DNA of 64,000 nucleotides from Puccinia triticina (Eukaryota): NCBI GenBank assembly GCA_026914245.1, contig CP110440.1:4340001-4404000 (forward strand), given 5' to 3'. A model generated the notes under the pieces. The model saw nothing but the letters and a program-made list of their open reading frames with translations. It had not been told where the DNA came from and ran no database searches. Of the stretch, positions 26,397 through 38,937 are shown piece after piece. The translations under genes and the position numbers were made by a program. Position 1 is the first letter of the stretch, and every line of letters begins with the position of its first letter.

Positions 26397-27257
26397 CTCG
26401 GCTGATCAGTCAGACGCCCAGATCAGTTTCCATTCTCGCGTATGTCAGACAAACCGTAGCTTACTCGAGAGTCTAGATAAATATGTAAGCTGAAGCCACT
26501 GAAGCTTTACGGATTAACTATTCGAGTGCGATTGTTTCGGAAAAGATTGTGTCTTTCTTTCGTGATTTCACTCTAGGAAGGGGGGATTCCTTGGAATTTG
26601 TTCTTCTGTGTCATGTGATGTGATCACTCGACGGACGCGATCATTGGGGTGGTCGTCCTTGTCCGGCGAGGTTCCGATCCGGACCACGAAGGTCCGGCAC
26701 TACCTGACCGGATACCTGGCCGGTTTGGGTCACGGGATGGGTCCACACAGGATGATAAGGTTTGATTGTATGATTTTAGATGTTTCAGTCAGAAGACAAC
26801 CGGACTTCAGCAACGGCCAGCTGAAATCGAAGGACAGGAGTAAATCCACTGAAACCGAACACCGACACAAACATACGACCCCCGAACGGAAATGGTCACC
26901 AGCCTACCGAGCCAAGTGAGAAACAATGCAGACAACCTTTAGAATGTGCACTGGGCAATGCTTCGCTCCCGGCACCGGCAGTCGCGTTGTTTCGCCCAGT
27001 GGGATCAGAGTTGATTATAAAGCCTGACCTTTCTATAAGCCGTCTCCCCCGTTCCCACCCCCAGCTCATTCCCTTTACACTTTCATAGTGGTAGAAAAAG
27101 GTCACTCGCAGTCGGGTCCTCTCTTTGATAGTTGTACATATTTAAATAGATAAAAGTCAGCAGTTGTTTGCCGCTTTACGAAGTCTTCATACACCAAACA
27201 TCACAAACTCTTTCTGCTTGTGTTCGTACTCTGAAAGTACTTCAAATCAGTACCAGC

Positions 27258-28205
27258 ATGCTTTCACTCGGCTCAATCTGGAAACTATATGTCGTTTTGG
27301 CCGTGATTACCCTTGTCAGCCTACCAGCCGTTGAGCTTGCCCAAGTCAAACGACACGCCTTTTCACGGAGAGACGCGCCAAAGGACGGTACCCCAGCCCA
27401 GGATGTTCTCTGTGGTGACAACTGGCGTACAGCTAGCTCTACAACAGTACCAGCGGACCAAGTCTGTAAGCACACAAATCCTGTGATTGTATCTCAATGA
27501 AAAGGTGTTCAAGCTCTCACTCTCAAAACACATCGATTGCTTTATCTATAGCTTGTAGAGGATACGATGGTCTACCCTACTTTTGCCTGGCGAGTACATG
27601 TCATTTTGAGAGCAAAGAAGGCACGACACCAGAGAATGGCTTCTCCCGTAAGTCTTTGTACACCAGGCTCTTGGACACACCACTATTGTCAGGGTGAAAA
27701 CTAAGACTGATAATCATTTCCTCCCTCTGATTTTCATTGTCTTCCGATTGATCGGAACATCAGTCAGCGACTGGCGTTTTAAAGACTGCTTACGTTACCC
27801 CAATCCAGGAGAGACAGCCCCATCAACAACACTAATAGCATTAATGTCTCCAATTCAAATCTGGGCTCACAATCATGACGGATATCTTTGTGCGTAATCT
27901 AGCTCTTTTGATGATTATCTGTATGGAGAATCTGTGAAGCTTATGCTCCTTGATTGGAACCCTTTGGGCTATAGTGGCCATGGGTTGGGACGATCCAAAC
28001 AATAAGATAACACGTCTTTATAAATGCTCATGGGCTGACCGTCCTGACACAAACAACCAAAGACCTAGTGAGTCTAAACTTTGAATTCTTAGCAATACCA
28101 AGTTCTGTTGCTAAAATCATAGAATTATGCAACTTTTCAGTGTGTGGACAATGTACCCATCAAGAATTCAAAGATATCCCTGAACCTATTCCTCCTCCCA
28201 CCTAA
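27258..28205 (+). CDS. small secreted cysteine-rich protein, effector candidate (copy B)
   Basis: Five exons with the same intron positions as copy A; signal peptide, SRR site, 8 Cys, shared SDWRFKDC.RYPN, MSPIQIWAHN, GWDDP..KITR.YKCSW, NNQRP. Confidence 0.87.
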
Positions 28206-28309
28206 GTAGTGTGTTAGTTGGATAGTTGGATTTGCTGATTCAAAGGACAAAAAAAGAATCCATATCTTTGGTCCACTCTCAAAAATAGACACTTGCCAAT
28301 TTTATATCC

Positions 28310-28380
28310 ATCCATTTTCAAGTATCAATCACCCAATTTCAAGTATCACCCATTTTCAAGCATCACCCATTTTCAAGTAT
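28310..28380 (+). repeat. short tandem repeat, ~17-bp CACCCATTTTCAAGTAT x4
   Basis: Four imperfect copies downstream of copy B; one copy at the equivalent position downstream of copy A. Confidence 0.7.
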
Positions 28381-28948
28381 AGACACTTTTTTATGCGCCA
28401 CTCCAGTCAGATTGTACTAACAGGAAGAACCTGCGCAAAAAATCAGCCCCATCTTTTGTACCTTGTCAATACAAATACACCACAAAAACTGTATTCTGTT
28501 TTCAGAGATTATTTGTAGATAGCTTTATGTAAGATCCCAAACCACATACTTGTGTAACCACATATCCCACAATACCTACATGCTGTTTCTTTCCACCATA
28601 GTTGCTGTGGAGAAAAAATGTTTATTGATGGGCCATTACTACTGAAATAAAACTGTGTCAACTGTGAGCAGTTGACATGCAGGATACTCCAGCCAAGCTG
28701 CCATTGTAACTCCACCTGGTTACATAATGACTGTTTTTGGCACAGTCACTGTGCAATGCGCAGAGTGGCTGTGCATTGAAGCTTGGGTTTGTTGGAATAA
28801 CACAGTGAACACCACAAGCTTGCTTAGACTTTCCACACGTATACTGCTCCCAGTTGACCCAGTTTTTTTTGCAGTGTACTGTTTTGGAACAGAATCAGCA
28901 GGCACAAGCTGCACATAGTCAGCAGCTACCATTTAATGGAAAAGCAAG

Positions 28949-29092
28949 CCTTGATAATAACAGGAAGTTATTAGCACACACAGACAAGTAATTCTATTTG
29001 ACTTATGAGCAGCACACCTTGATAATAACAGGACGTTATTAGTAATAGCACACACAGACTAGTAAGTCTAGTTGACTTATGAGCAGCACACC
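28949..29092 (+). repeat. ~70-bp direct tandem duplication
   Basis: CCTTGATAATAACAGGA..TTATTAG..CACACACAGAC..GACTTATGAGCAGCACACCT occurs twice. Confidence 0.75.
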
Positions 29093-30061
29093 TGGAGACA
29101 AGGTTGTTGAGATGAATTGAGATGAGCATTGATGAACTTGATGAAACCAATTAATGAGATGAAAAAACTGATACAGCAGTGAAAATGGTGTATATGGAAT
29201 CTACATCTAGGGTTAGAGTTTTTACATAATCAATACTCAGATTCAAACTTTCCTCATCCCACAGCTACTAGGTTTGCCGTTTTGGTGATTTATATGGGCA
29301 GGTGTGGTAGAATGTCCACTCAGAGATAGCGCGGGCGGGAATGCACAGAGCGGCTGAGCGCAGAGTGCATTCCGGTGACATAAGCACTGAGGATGATGTC
29401 AGAAAGCACGCTAAGAAAGCTTATGGAAAGTTGCGCGTGGATGGAATGCACGGATTGCGGATCACGGATTTTGGATTGGATTGTGGGACCGGAGCTGAAA
29501 GACAGGACTGGACTGCGGCAGACTACACTCATGGACTTGTAGCAGCGGCGCGTCAGCAGGTGAGCCAAGGCAGCCAAAGCGGGTGGAACTGGGGCGGAGG
29601 CAGTGGAAAGAGACTGACTCACGGGGGCTAGACAGAGGGCGTGGGAGGTCAAGCATTGGAGGGGAGCGCAGTCTGGGACAATGACATGTGGGAAAGTGGG
29701 TGGAGCTGACGGACTAGTGCGGGAAAGTGTTGTATCTGCAGGATTGAGTGGGAACGGCAAATTGCGTGGAGGGAAGGAAGGGGGGGTGGAGGTTAACGGT
29801 TTCTCTTCTCTTTCTTTTTCCATCATCTTACAGACTAGTAATCATTGTACTTACACTTACAGACGTACTAGAGTATTAGAAGAGCTTTATTTGACCTTAT
29901 CTTTTGCTTACGGAGATTACTTGTGGATTTGTGCTTGCGGAGTGCAGAGCTTTATTCACTTGCGGATTATTACGCAATAGATCAGGCTCGTTGAGGAGTG
30001 CTGAAAGCTAGCGGAAAGTAGCAGTGAAGAGCCAAGACACCAATAATCACTCAGCCTGGAC

Positions 30062-31850
30062 TAGGGTTGAGAATTGGGCCGGGTTGGCCCATGGTTAACC
30101 TATGCCACAAGCTATGGGCTGGCGCGGGTCGTGATTTTTTAGTTCCCACAATTAAATGGGCTTGCCCAATGGGCCCCTGAGTTTGGATAGCGGGTCTTGG
30201 GCAGCCCATGGGCACCCATTGAATTTCAGTGTGGCAGGTGGGGTGCTGTCTGCACTTAATCAAAAATCATCAAAGCTCAGAATGATCTTAACACTCCAAA
30301 TGTTCTTCACACTCCAAACGATTCCAACCCTCTGACCAATCTTAACGCTCCAAACAGTACGAAATTTCCGAACAATATGAATGCTCCAAAAAGTTGGATA
30401 CTCCGAGTGATCTTAACGCTCCAAATGATCATAACGCTCCGCATAGTAGAGATTGTCCATTGATTGGTGTTGCTGCAGAATCAATGCATGGAAAGTTCAA
30501 CAGGTACAATATTGGAAGCCATTGCAAAATTTTGCTTCCCTAGCGATTGTTTTTGATCTGCACAATACAAGCTTGACTTAATCTGGTTTTACTTTTTGAA
30601 CAATCTTGGACTTGGTGAAGATACAAGCAAAGTGCAATTAACTTGCATCAGAGAGCTCCTCAATGAATATTTTTCTAGCTATGCACCCAAACCAGAAACA
30701 ATTCCACCTAGAGAGAAAGTTGCTTCAAATTCACAAAATCTTTTCGACAATGATGAAGATGATGAGCATGATTTGTTTCTATTCAAAGAATTTTCTGGTT
30801 TTTGTTCAGCCAAATGAATTTTTCTTTTTTATTTGTATCTAAGTAATTTCCTAAATTATGAAACACTCTGAAATAAACCCAAAAAGCTCATTGGATGGTC
30901 TTTTTGGGTTTTGTAGAATGGTCACTGTGATGCCGCAGGGAAATACTGTGTGAGATGAGAGATTTTTAGATAGACAAAGGCTAGAAGTCAGCTGGCAACA
31001 GTCCCAGAAGAAACGGATTACCAGAAAGTGTGACTTGAGTCAAGGTCAGATGTTCGCTGACTACCTCGCAAGTACTTTTTTGTGGGTTCTGACCCAAGTC
31101 AGGCCTGAGTCCAACCTGTGAGTTTGTGGTTCTGCTACTCTTAGCTTTATCATACCTGCTGGTGTCACTCATTCGTGACCTGTCATTTACAGGTCTTACC
31201 CTCAATTAGGGATCTTCATGTGACACCAGTGGATGTTCTTGCACCCACCTGCAGCCATTCATATCCAAGCGTCCTTAGTACAGTGGTTAGTAAACTTGAC
31301 ATGGATATAAGAGACATGGGTTTAACTCCCATAGGACACATAATATTTTATGGAGTTTCACAGGTTATGAGCCCAGCGCTACTGCGTGACACCTAGGATA
31401 TTATGGAGTCTTGGTATGATAAACCCCTTTCATAGCACGGGGGGCTGTCAGGTTGTGGCTCTGCTACTCTTAGCTTTATCATACCTGCTGGTGTCACTCA
31501 TTCATGACCTGTCATTTACAGGTCTTACCCTCAATTAGGGATCTTCATGTGACACCAGTGGATGTTCTTTCACCCATCTGCAGCCATTCATATCCAAGCG
31601 TCCTTAGTACAGTGGTTAGTACACTTGACATGGATATAAGAGACATGGGTTCAACTCCCATAGGACACATAATATTTTATGGAGTTTCACACAAACAATC
31701 AAATCAGTAACCCGGCCCAACCCAACCGTTTCAAGTTGGGCCATTCCAAGAGTCCCACAGATGTTGGCCCATCCATTTGGGCTCGGACCCTTGTCGGGCC
31801 AAACAGAAACCTGAGTGGGCTAGTATGGGCCGGCCCAATTCTCAACCCTA
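30062..31850 (+). mobile_element. non-autonomous hAT DNA transposon
   Basis: 21-bp TIR TAGGGTTGAGAATTGGGCCGG, perfect 8-bp TSD GCCTGGAC (30054-30061, 31851-31858), GGCCC subterminal repeats, possible decayed transposase remnant near 30480-30817. Confidence 0.92.
31117..31691 (+). mobile_element. TRIM-like miniature LTR retrotransposon
   Basis: Two 246-bp TG..CA LTRs (31117-31362, 31446-31691), PBS GGTTATGAGCCC at 31363, PPT AGCACGGGGGGC, 83-bp non-coding interior, TSD CAACC/CAAAC. Confidence 0.92.
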
Positions 31851-34800
31851 GCCTGGACACATGTGTTCTTGAAGAAGGCGGCTAGTGGACTTTTCTACCC
31901 ACCAACCAGCCTTTATTCTCACACCGTCACTGTGAAAAAACTCAAGAAACTGCTGTCAGTTGACATGCAATATTACAAAGGCACTGCGTAGTAGTTCAAT
32001 ACCATTGGTATATATTTACACCACGGGTTGGCCTGGATTTTAATCCAACATTGTTTTGAACATTTCCACGGATGTTCAGTTCTTGCGCTGCAGGAAGCGT
32101 CCGCTGGATGCCACTTGCATTGCCTGAATTTGGACGTTTTTCAAAAAGCATCTGGCAGATGCTTGCTGGATGCTTATTGTCAAGCCAATATGTACCATGT
32201 CCTCTGGACAGGTATATAGTAAATATTTGTGCATGTAAATATACCTGTTCAGTTGGGAGACTCAATGCCAATTTTAAACTGATCATGCATAAAAAAGTAT
32301 ATTGCATCAATTCAGTGGTCATTCACAATTCTGAGCAAGTTGAAAATTTCATGTAGTGTTTATGATGGATGTGATAAAATTAATGTTAAGTCTTGAATGT
32401 GAAAAGGGCTTATAATTTATCTGGATTAGCCCAGTTCAAACTTCAGGTAGCTGCTTGTTGGCAGATAGAATTTTACCAATAAAGAAGGTCTTTGCACATG
32501 TGGATAAAGTTCAGGGCCATAGTACCACATTTTAAGAGAAAAAATTCAAACTGCGATTTGGTTGCATTTGCAAGAGCCATGCTAATGTCTTTTGCAAGAG
32601 GCATTGTCGAATTTTGAAAATTTATGATTTTGTTGATTGATGCCTATGTACCAAGCCCCGAAGAGGGAACGGCGGGTGGCAATTCGGGGCCCCGTTCTTT
32701 GAGACGTCAGACGAGTCTCAGCAAGACTCAGACCAACCGTCACAAGACAACTGGACTTCAGCAACAGTCAACTACACGAAGGGCGAAAAGAAATCGACGG
32801 TAAAATCGAACCGAAAACCCATACAAACCCACAACGTTGAAATAACACAAGATCCTTCCTGGGATCTTTAAAAATGGAACAGCAGAATGACGACCAACTC
32901 GAATCGCTTTATTCTAAAATTAATTCAATCAAAAACGTTCGCCTGCTTCAGCTTTATCCCTGCTTCGAAAACACTGTTGACCTAGCGTTGATTTTCTGTT
33001 TTCTGGGATGTATGGGTTGATATGATGTTTAGGTGACAATCGATATTCATTCCGATTCGTTATCCCAAAACAGGCTACTCAACCAAACCGTAAGAGCCCA
33101 GCCTTCATCTTGAGCAACCAAATGCTCCAGGAAAGAGAGAACCAAAAAAAAGCGGAGCTGATTCTGATTTTCAAATTGGGGAATATGTCTCTCTCAAAAA
33201 CGAACTGGCCCTCTATCTACATGCACGACTGAAATTCAAGGGAGAGCAATTTGATTCGTTCACATCACAATTATCCGACTCAGCCAATCGATTTAGTCGG
33301 ACGATCCAAGCCGGTTCATCTCAACGCAGGACAATCATCTACGCTGTGGGCTCCGTTATCGGCCTCTTTGTTCTTTACCGGCTGTTCAGATGACATCACT
33401 CGGCCTCACCATCCATCTCATCCACCCATCGGCGGGCGAATGTAGAAACAAAAAGTCCCTGTAAAAAAAGCAGAAATATTATCTACTTGCTGTGGTGGGA
33501 CTCCCGTATCCAACGCAGATTATTGTATCGGCCGCCCATCAGCAACGCTTTCACACATCTTCTCCCACATCTATACTCAAGGCAGTTGCCTCGGAACACC
33601 GGTTGCCCCTCTAAACCTAGGCCACGCGGTCTGAAACGACAAGGTTGTGGATTCCCTTGTACCGCGCTGTTGTACCAGAGGCCTCAGCAATGTACGCTGT
33701 GGTCTATCTCTCAGTTCACCGTAGAGTTTCACCACAGGCAGGCCTGCATACATTTTTTACTTACTCTTGACTTTGCGGTCAATCTTGGCTATTCAATTTC
33801 AACCTTTCAGCTGCTGAATTTATCTTTGCCACATCTTAGGCACCATTACTCTTCATTTTAATTATCTTCGTTGTTAACTTGGTTATCTTTCTTTGTTATC
33901 TCAGCTTGCTCTCTTAGTCATTATCACCCCAACCTTATTATTTTTCACTGCCAGTACCACCCATCTGCCCACCCTCCTCCGTTGGGATTTGCTCTTCACT
34001 CTCTTTCAACATTTTTCTTTTTTCCCCTGCGGCAATTCCCTCTTCCACTCACCAAGCAATCATGACAAAGCAAAAAATCAGCCAGGTTCATTCCCACTCC
34101 AATCCAGCACCAGACCCATACCCCCTTGTTGAGGATATATACAAAGTAGTCCCTCTCCCCTTCACTCAGATGGTACTGGTCCAGTCCCGTCAAAACTCAG
34201 CTCCCAATTCTCTATGCATGATTTGCTGGGGTGGCACCGCTGCTCCTTTGTTCCCCAAGCCATCCACAAGTTTACAATCCCAGGTCACACCCAAGCTGAA
34301 GCAGAATATTTTGTCACCGCTATACAAACCACCATCTATTGGAACAAAAAGCGGCACAACAACAATGACCCAGCACTCAAACCAACTTCTGGCCTGTCAC
34401 CCTGCCAAAGCCTTTTTCTGCCTAGCGTTCAAATATCCGCGCAGCGAAGCACACATAGCAACTCCAAATTTGCAAAAGCAGAAGGCTGTTTCCCGCAAAT
34501 GTTGATGCAAGGCCGGTTTCACCATTTTCCATCATATTCCAACCAACTCACTCTGCTGTGAGAACTCCTTTTGGGATGGGTGGCAGTGCTTTGAGGGGGA
34601 AATAACAAATAAGATATTGCAGTTAAGTAATACTTATGTTACAGGTGGTTTGAAGGACCTGCTCCTCTATTGTACTACACAAGGATTCTGACAACAAAAT
34701 TTATTTAATGTTGTGGCAAGACCTTGATAGAGATCACTATGTGCAGTAGTCTCTATCAGACTTAGATCAAACAATGTAGATGATGTGAAATGACACAAGC

Positions 34801-36199
34801 TATTTAAGAACCTGATTATACAGGTGTTGTGTGAGTGGATGTTTGAGATCACATTGTTAAATGAATGAGTGACTGGTTGGTTGGTGGCTGCTATTTGCAT
34901 GCTGGATTCAGATGAGGGGGGAGGAAGGGCTCCTTATATAGTCTATTTACCAGGCGGCTGACTTGTGGTTCTAGCCCTAAGTCTAATTGAATATGCATAC
35001 AAATATGGCCACCTTGTGGTTCTAGCCCTAACTCTAATTGAATATGCACAAAAAATATGACCCAGTTGTGGTTGGCTCTAATGAAGCCAAGGAAGCCAAG
35101 GACTGGCACTTTGGCTTCCCAGCTTCCTCCGCAGGCCAAGCCAATAGAAGACCTCACCCACGCCAATCAGCCAGCAGAGGCCGACAAGGGTCTCTTGGGG
35201 TTTGATGCTGGAGGCTTGACTAACCAACATGGTTGTCTGTCAATGCGGCCTCTGCTGCCAGCAAACAACCTTTACCTCACTGAAGATGAAATTAAACACC
35301 ATCTTTCAAACCTGCTGGCCTAGCTTGTTAACGCGCTGAATCTAACAAACAACATTCTCAAGTTTGCCAAGAATCGATGTCTTGTTCTTTCCTGGGTTAC
35401 GCCGGATTGGATGTGGGGTTTCAAGGAATCAGGATTTGTGTGAACAGATCCTGACACACATCACCTACAAGTGCCCCAAGGTGTCAAAACCAAAATATGT
35501 GACCTTCCCCGGGATTTCTGTGGTGCAGTGTTTACTGCGTGAAGAAGTTGACAAACTTACTAGTTAGTTGCAAGAAGTGGGATTCAATTGGCTTAAGACG
35601 GCAGAGGGTCTTCTCACTCACAAGGATCACAAGGACAACTGCTTGGCCAACTGTGCGGTGGAGGATCTCAAGCAGCTCAGAACAGATGGCTGGGAAATCC
35701 TTGGAAGTGTCAAGAACATGTTGCCGCAGAAGGACTTAAGGAAGAAAATCAGGTGAATTGGTCCAATATTTTGTTGAGAAGGGCTCGTAGTTCTGCCTTT
35801 GGGGGTTTGGTTGTTTTTCTTTTATACTGTAGATTGAAGTACACATTGCATTTGGGTTTTCTTGTGATAACTATGAGCACCCAAGGAAAAATATGAGGGA
35901 AGCCAATGGGCTGAGGCAAGCGGGTGAAGTAAGGAGCGGTCTCATATGTGGTGTGATAGGGGCAGGCAAGAATGGATGGGTCTCAAGAGCACAACTGCCT
36001 GGGTTTTAAACAGAAGATGCCTCCAGGGCAAGCAGGGAGTTGTGCTTTTGAATTTTTCTTGTTCTCATTTCTGTGGCATCAATGGCAAACCTGAATGCAG
36101 CCTAAGCAATGCCAACTCAATTTGGTTGCTAGGTAGGAAAAAAAACAATATTCAAATCCATAAAGCCAAAAGGGGTATGAAAAAAACACATTTGAAGGT

Positions 36200-36845
36200 A
36201 CCTAGCCAACAAGCCGGGATGAGCCCACACATAGAAACCGGCCCTCAGAGCCAAGCAACCAAGTGTGATTCCTCACCAGCATGCCGGTGGTGCTGGCTGC
36301 CCGCCAAGGAGAAGGTTTCCTGAGACAGCCGGGTATGTATCAGGCGAGCAGGCACACCTTGTACATAGCTGCTCTCTGCAAGAACGTAAAATGATATTGC
36401 CAAGGAGGAGGCCTCTCCGGCAAGCAGGTGTTTTGACTGCTTGCTGTGGAGGAATCTTCCTTGGAATCGTCCCCGGCAAGCGGATCCCCACTCGCCCGTG
36501 AGGATTCCTCCTACACGAGCACCTTGCACCTGCTTGCCGAGAAATCTTCCTTGACAAGCAGGTACAAGTGATCCGGGGCAATGGAAGAAAATTCATTCCG
36601 GCCGAGTACAAAGGGTGCCAGCGGAAGAAGCCCCAAGTGTATGTATAACATGTACCTGCTTGCCCGAGATAATTCCCAGACCTTGGCAAGCAGGTGTCAT
36701 TTCCACATCCAAGGGCAAGAGGAAGCCTGCTGGGAAAGCGGAAGGGAATCCATCTTTGCCGAGTGTGTGCAATAGGCCTAGTGTGCAAAATTGCTTGCCA
36801 AGGTCCTCGGCAAGCAGGCACTCATCACTCCTGGGGGCAAGCCAA
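36200..36845. repeat. decayed DNA-transposon subterminal repeat field
   Basis: Many GGCAAGCAGG / CCTGCTTGCC motifs in both orientations; termini not resolved. Confidence 0.55.
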
Positions 36846-37531
36846 AAATTTGTCCACACCAAATAGGCACAAAGGTGTTGCCCGCTTGGTTGGCCAGGGA
36901 CCCAATTGGGAGGCTCAATCACTGAGGCTGATCCTCCATCAATTACATATCTATGGTGGATTCTCTCAATCCAGTATTGCTTAGGTTAGATTCAATTTGC
37001 CCTTGCTTCTAACGCAACATCACAATCATTATTGGTAGCTGATACATAAGATTTGCATTTAATTACGCTTTTGGGAGTGACTTAGTGGTTCTACATTCAG
37101 GCAGGCACTTTATATCAACCTTTCTCCAAGCTCAACCGTTTGGAACAAATCTTGTCTCAATCCCATAATGTCATCTCCAACAGTGTTTGCTTTCACTTGC
37201 ATGAGCTTTTTTTGTTGTGTGCATGTCTCAACCGGGGGTTTTTTCTTTTGATGATTACACCACGGACGCAAAACTCCAAAGGTTGTTCAAAGGTGCTTCA
37301 AATGAACTTCAAACAAAAATCAATTCAGTTGGGACGTTGCCAACTGGGTCAAAATCAAAAATCTTGCATATTGTCCAAATAATACTTGAGTTTTTTTCAA
37401 ATGCTTGTTTAAAAAGATGGATTAATGCACATTCGAAGTTTCTTCAAACTGAAATCTTAAAATTGCGTCCGTGGTGTATTCTTGGTGTTTACAACTCCCC
37501 TTGCTCCCCTCAGCCCATGTGATGTAATTTA

Positions 37532-37688
37532 TGGTGTTCAAAATTGCATATGTCACTGTTTACATAAAATCATAAAGCCAATTTTGGCTGGGAGAGCTCA
37601 GCGTGCATAAAACTTAAAGTGACATCTCCCAGCCAAAATTGCAGTTTATGATTTTATGTAAAAAAATCTTATGCAATTTTGAACACCA
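37532..37688. mobile_element. 157-bp hairpin MITE (Tc1/mariner type)
   Basis: ~65-bp inverted arms TGGTGTTCAAAATTGCATA..TTTTGGCTGGGAGA, TA on both flanks. Confidence 0.82.
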
Positions 37689-37942
37689 TAATTGTTTTTC
37701 TTGTGATTTTTAATTGTTAACATCAACTCCTGCTTTGCTATCTTTTCTATGTGCTCATTTATTTCAGGGTATAACCGGCACATGGAGTTGATTCTATAAT
37801 AACAGTAGGCAAGACTTTCACGAGCTGTGAAACACATACATTCACACATAATCTGGTTTTGAAAAGAAATCTACGATATTCAGTGTCCAACCAGCAAATC
37901 AACCCAAAAAAAACAGAAGATTGTAGAGGGGCGAAGAGAGTG

Positions 37943-38937
37943 TTAGGCCTTCTTCTTCGGAAAGTTTCCGATTGCGTCAGGGGGTAGATCCAATTCGATA
38001 GCGGCAGTCTTAGAGCGATAAGGATCGGAATTTTTAGGGATGAGGCCCTGTTTGACGGCATGTTGATGTTTCTCGAGGTCATGGGCAAACATAGCGAAAG
38101 CGATCCGGTTAGAGAAGGAGAAGATGATTCCAAGTATTGGGATCCTTTCGAGTGTGGCAGCAAAGAAACCGAGCCATCGTAACGAGTTCTCTCGCTCGAC
38201 CATGAACAAAGCCTGCTCCAACTCGCTCATCTTCTTCGTCCGAAAGTATCGCTCCAAAAGTCGCTCCGACAGAGTCAGTGAGACAAGGAATGAGCCGACG
38301 ATCGTATTCAGGAACGGAACAAAGTTCAGTGGTAGCAACATGACTACGATTGATCATCATCAACAACAACTTCCCACATTGTTTATTTTTCTCCCGACAG
38401 AGTATGTAGAGTGGACTCGCCTTTGAGGATAAGCAGTCTAAAGATCGGCCCGGTGATGGTCCTGTACCACTTCCACTTCGAGATTCTTCGCTGAGCTTTC
38501 TCGAGGGGAGGATTTTCCCATTCCTCGACGTACGGTATCCAGAACTCGGCAGATTTAGCACGACTCTGGATGGTGAAGTCGTAGACCTTAGCTCTAGTCT
38601 TCTTGAGTTTTCGCAGTAGAAAGAATTCGATAATCGAGCTGAGCTGGCTGAGGACGAGACTGATCGTCGTGAAGTTCGCCAAGGAGAAGAACGATGCCCC
38701 CATCCCTACCCCTTCCTCCTCCATCGCCTTGGCCCGCTTGCTTAGATAGAAATACATCACCCATACTTTCGTCACCGGATAGGAGAGACAGCAGTAGACT
38801 ATCGATAGGATCACTAGCCTCTTCACAATCGTCGAGAACTCTTGAACAATCGCTCGGTTGATCTTCCCATCCGTGCCTAATCGATAGATCCCTACCGTCA
38901 GATAACTCGTCGGAAATTGTAGTAGTTCTTGCGGCAT
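37943..38937 (-). CDS. EI24-domain / RRT8-LDS-like multi-pass membrane protein
   Basis: Two exons; hydrophobic helices and C-terminal LGFFAATLERIPILGIIFSFSNRIAFAMFAHDLEK; joined by a predicted GC-AG intron 38344-38420. Confidence 0.75.

Larger units (their letters stand above)
29300..31964 (+). mobile_element. LTR-like sequence interrupted by the hAT element
   Basis: LTR-like composition at 29300-30060 that continues after the hAT TSD to GTTGACA; no TSD found, ends uncertain. Confidence 0.3.

Noticed and set aside
31363..31380. tRNA-Met-like sequence (also at 40174)
   Set aside because: Primer-binding sites, not tRNA genes; no cloverleaf
32000..36000. Many short ORFs and degraded coding-like sequence near 35350-35760
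   Set aside because: No identifiable domain or termini; probably decayed TE or gene relics
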